From a virus (taxonomy: Duplodnaviria; Heunggongvirae; Uroviricota; Caudoviricetes): a stretch of DNA of 39,288 nt. Made by a program: the position numbers and the translations under genes. Of the stretch, positions 36,164-39,288 are shown piece after piece (positions within the stretch are counted from its first letter, which is position 1; each line of letters begins with the position of its first letter). The notes under the pieces are model-generated. The model worked only from the letters and a program-made list of their open reading frames with translations. It had not been told where the DNA came from and did no database searches. Location of the stretch: IMG/VR virus record IMGVR_UViG_2740892273_000013; one strand, written 5' to 3'.

Positions 36164-36191
36164 AGCCCGCCGGTTCAGGCGGGCTTTTTTG
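36164..36191 (+). terminator. Intrinsic terminator after lom
   Basis: AGCCCGCC-GGTTCA-GGCGGGCT followed by TTTTTT. Confidence 0.7.
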
Positions 36192-36195
36192 TGGG

Positions 36196-39100
36196 GTGAA
36201 TATGGCAGTAAAGATTTCAGGTGTACTGAAAGACGGCACAGGAAAACCGGTACAGAACTGCACAATCCAGCTGAAAGCAAAACGTAACAGCACCACGGTG
36301 GTGGTGAACACGCTGGCCTCAGAAAATCCGGATGAAGCCGGGCGTTACAGCATGGACGTTGAGTACGGTCAGTACAGCGTTATTCTGTTGGTGGAAGGAT
36401 TCCCGCCGTCACATGCCGGGACCATCACCGTGTATGAAGATTCCCGACCCGGTACGCTGAATGATTTTCTCGGTGCCATGACGGAGGATGATGCCCGTCC
36501 GGAGGCNNNNNNNNNNNNNNNNNNNNNNNNNNNNNNNNNNNNNNNNNNNNNNNNNNNNNNNNNNNNNNNNNNNNNNNNNNNNNNNNNNNNNNNNNNNNNN
36601 NNNNNNNNNNNNNNNNNNNNNNNNNNNNNNNNNNNNNNNNNNNNNNNNNNNNNNNNNNNNNNNNNNNNNNNNNNNNNNNNNNNNNNNNNNNNNNNNNNNN
36701 NNNNNNNNNNNNNNNNNNNNNNNNNNNNNNNNNNNNNNNNNNNNNNNNNNNNNNNNNNNNNNNNNNNNNNNNNNNNNNNNNNNNNNNNNNNNNNNNNNNN
36801 NNNNNNNNNNNNNNNNNNNNNNNNNNNNNNNNNNNNNNNNNNNNNNNNNNNNNNNNNNNNNNNNNNNNNCGTCGGCTCAGGAGGCTTTTTCCAGCGCAGG
36901 AACGGCATCAGCAAAAGCCTCTGAGGCATCAAAAAGTGCTGCCGCTGCAGAGTCCTCAAAAAGCGCGGCGGCCACCAGTGCCGGTGCGGCGAAAACGTCA
37001 GAAACGAATGCGGCAGCGTCACAACAATCAGCTGCCACTTCTGCATCCACCGCGACCACGAAAGCGTCAGAAGCAGCCACCTCAGCCAGAGATGCGTCGG
37101 CTTCAAAAGAGGCGGCAAAATTATCAGAAACGAGCGCAGCTTCGAGCGCCAGTAATGCCGCTTCCTCGGCAACGGCGGCAGGAAATTCCGCGAAGGCGGC
37201 AAAGACGTCTGAGACAAACGCTAAGTCCTCTGAAACGGCAGCAGCACAGAGTGCCTCCGCAGCAGCAGGCTCAAAAACAGCGGCTGCGTCGTCTGCCAGT
37301 GCAGCGTCAACAAGTGCCGGGCAGGCCTCAGCCAGTGCTAGCGCCGCCGGAAAATCGGCAGAAAGCGCCGCATCGTCCGCTTCAACAGCCACAACGAAGG
37401 CTGGCGAAGCCACTGAACAGGCCAGTGCAGCAGCGAGGTCTGCTTCCGCAGCGAAGACATCGGAGACGAACGCGAAAGCGTCGGAGACCAGCGCAGAATC
37501 CTCAAAAACGGCTGCCGCATCGTCCGCCAGTTCGGCGGCGTCATCGGCATCATCGGCGTCTGCTTCAAAAGATGAGGCGACCAGACAAGCGTCCGCAGCG
37601 AAGGGCAGCGCCACGACAGCATCCACGAAGGCGACAGAGGCTGCTGGCAGTGCGACGGCGGCAGCACAGAGCAAAAGTACGNNNNNNNNNNNNNNNNNNN
37701 NNNNNNNNNNNNNNNNNNNNNNNNNNNNNNNNNNNNNNNNNNNNNNNNNNNNNNNNNNNNNNNNNNNNNNNNNNNNNNNNNNNNNNNNNNNNNNNNNNNN
37801 NNNNNNNNNNNNNNNNNNNNNNNNNNNNNNNNNNNNNNNNNNNNNNNNNNNNNNNNNNNNNNNNNNNNNNNNNNNNNNNNNNNNNNNNNNNNNNNNNNNN
37901 NNNNNNNNNNNNNNNNNNNNNNNNNGAACAACATTAACGCGGTCAGTAAAACAGACTTTGCTGATAAGCGTGGTATGCGTTATGTGCGGGTTAACGCTCC
38001 TGCAGGTGCAACATCTGGAAAATATTACCCTGTTGTTGTTATGCGTTCTGCTGGCTCAGTAAGCGAACTGGCATCAAGGGTCATTATCACCACGGCAACG
38101 CGAATCGCAGGCGATCCGATGAATAACTGCGAGTTTAACGGATTTGTTATGCCTGGTGGCTGGACTGACAGGGGGCGTTATGCTTATGGAATGTTCTGGC
38201 AATATCAAAACAATGAACGAGCCATCCACTCAATAATGATGAGTAATAAGGGCGATGATTTGCGCTCTGTGTTCTATGTTGATGGCGCTGCTTTCCCTGT
38301 TTTTGCGTTTCTCGAAGATGGCCTGTCAATATCCGCACCTGGTGCTGATCTCGTTGTTAATGATACGACCTATAAGTTTGGGGCAACAAATCCGGCGACT
38401 GAATGTATCGCGGCGGACGTTATCCTTGATTTTAAGAGTGGGCGTGGTTTTTATGAGTCTCATTCGTTAATCGTTAACGATAACTTGTCGTGCAAAAAAC
38501 TTTTTGCCACAGACGAAATTGTAGCGCGTGGTGGTAATCAGATTCGAATGATAGGTGGGGAGTATGGTGCATTATGGCGTAATGATGGCGCTAAAACTTA
38601 CCTGCTGCTTACCAATCAAGGTGATGTTTATGGTGGCTGGAATACATTAAGACCGTTTGTTATTGATAACGCAACCGGCGAACTGGTTATTGGAACCAAA
38701 CTGTCTGCAAGTCTGAACGGTAACGCATTGACAGCAACAAAGCTGCAAACGCCAAGACTGGTTTCTGGTGTTGAGTTTGATGGTTCCAAAGATATTACTT
38801 TAACCGCCGCGCATGTGGCTGCTTTTGCCAGAAGGGCAACGGATACATATGCCGATGCGGATGGTGGCGTTCCATGGAATGCCGAATCAGGCGCTTACAA
38901 TGTCACCCGCTCTGGCAACAGCTATATTCTGGTTAACTTCTATACCGGAGTCGGAAGTTGCCGGACCTTGCAGATGAAGGCGCATTACAGAAATGGTGGT
39001 CTGTTCTACCGTTCTTCAAGAGACGGTTATGGTTTTGAGGAAGACTGGGCAGAAGTTTATACCTCGAAAAATCTTCCACCAGAAAGCTACCCAGTCGGTG

Positions 39101-39288
39101 CACCAATCCCGTGGCCATCAGATACCGTTCCGTCTGGTTATGCCCTGATGCAGGGACAGACTTTTGACAAATCTGCTTACCCGAAACTTGCAGCCGTTTA
39201 TCCGTCAGGTGTGATCCCTGATATGCGTGGCTGGACGATTAAGGGCAAACCTGCCAGTGGTCGGGCCGTATTGTCTCAGGAACAGGAC
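36196..39288 (+). CDS. stf: Side tail fibre protein Stf homologue, 3' partial (runs off the window); two assembly gaps shift the apparent frame
   Basis: N-terminus [37 protein letters not shown] matches lambda Stf; Ala/Ser-rich repeats 36870-37681 read in another frame; frame open from 37927 to window end with lambda-like C-terminal motif [27 protein letters not shown]. Confidence 0.8.
36507..36869. other. Assembly gap (N-run) inside stf
   Basis: 363 consecutive N. Confidence 0.99.
37682..37925. other. Assembly gap (N-run) inside stf
   Basis: 244 consecutive N. Confidence 0.99.

Larger units (their letters stand above)
1..39288 (+). mobile_element. Lambdoid prophage segment (left-arm accessory genes through immunity, replication, Q, lysis, cos, head and tail genes to side tail fibre); integrase and att sites not in window
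   Basis: Lambda-like gene order; many translations match lambda or phage 21 proteins from memory (J, H, V, U, Z, G, L, K, I, M, Stf, Lom, S21, R21, Rz/Rz1, A, W, B). Confidence 0.9.

Noticed and set aside
32636-37925. Three N-runs as possible biological features
   Set aside because: They are assembly gaps of estimated size; frame shifts across them are artefacts
36936-37937. 333-aa Arg/Pro/Gln-rich ORF and minus-strand ORFs (36369-37217, 36877-37674, 37338-37934) over the tail-fibre repeats
   Set aside because: Alternate-frame or antisense readings of GC-rich Ala/Ser codon repeats that cross N-runs; the real gene is the Stf frame

Overview
This window is a nearly complete lambdoid (lambda/phage-21-like) prophage from an enterobacterial genome, read left to right in phage map order; integrase and att sites are not in the window. 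All product calls rest on reading the six-frame translations and recalling known phage proteins from memory, since no database search was possible. Layout: (i) a left-arm accessory region with a plus-strand Panacea/DUF4065-like gene pair (1-989) and an AT-rich membrane-protein gene (1568-2350); (ii) minus-strand early-left genes (Xis/PrtN-like, DUF2303-like, a 120-aa protein) behind a ~600-nt structured leader with no N-like ORF; (iii) an immunity region with a CI-type S24 repressor divergent from a Cro-like gene, with three related palindromic operators; (iv) replication and nin-like genes (initiator with internal iterons, PerC-like, Dam-like methyltransferase, LexA-DBD protein, RusA, KilA-N, DUF968, Q); (v) a late promoter and terminator followed by a lipoprotein gene and a second methyltransferase inserted before lysis; (vi) a phage-21-type lysis cassette with an extra ORF between holin and endolysin; (vii) cos, terminase, portal, a fused protease-scaffold-capsid gene, and lambda-like tail genes Z through J, then lom and a side tail fibre running off the window. 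Three N-runs (32636-32819, 36507-36869, 37682-37925) are assembly gaps. The best candidates for an undescribed system are the Panacea-like pair at 1-989 and the AT-rich gene at 1568-2350, followed by the ORF between holin and endolysin and the two inserted genes between Q and the holin.
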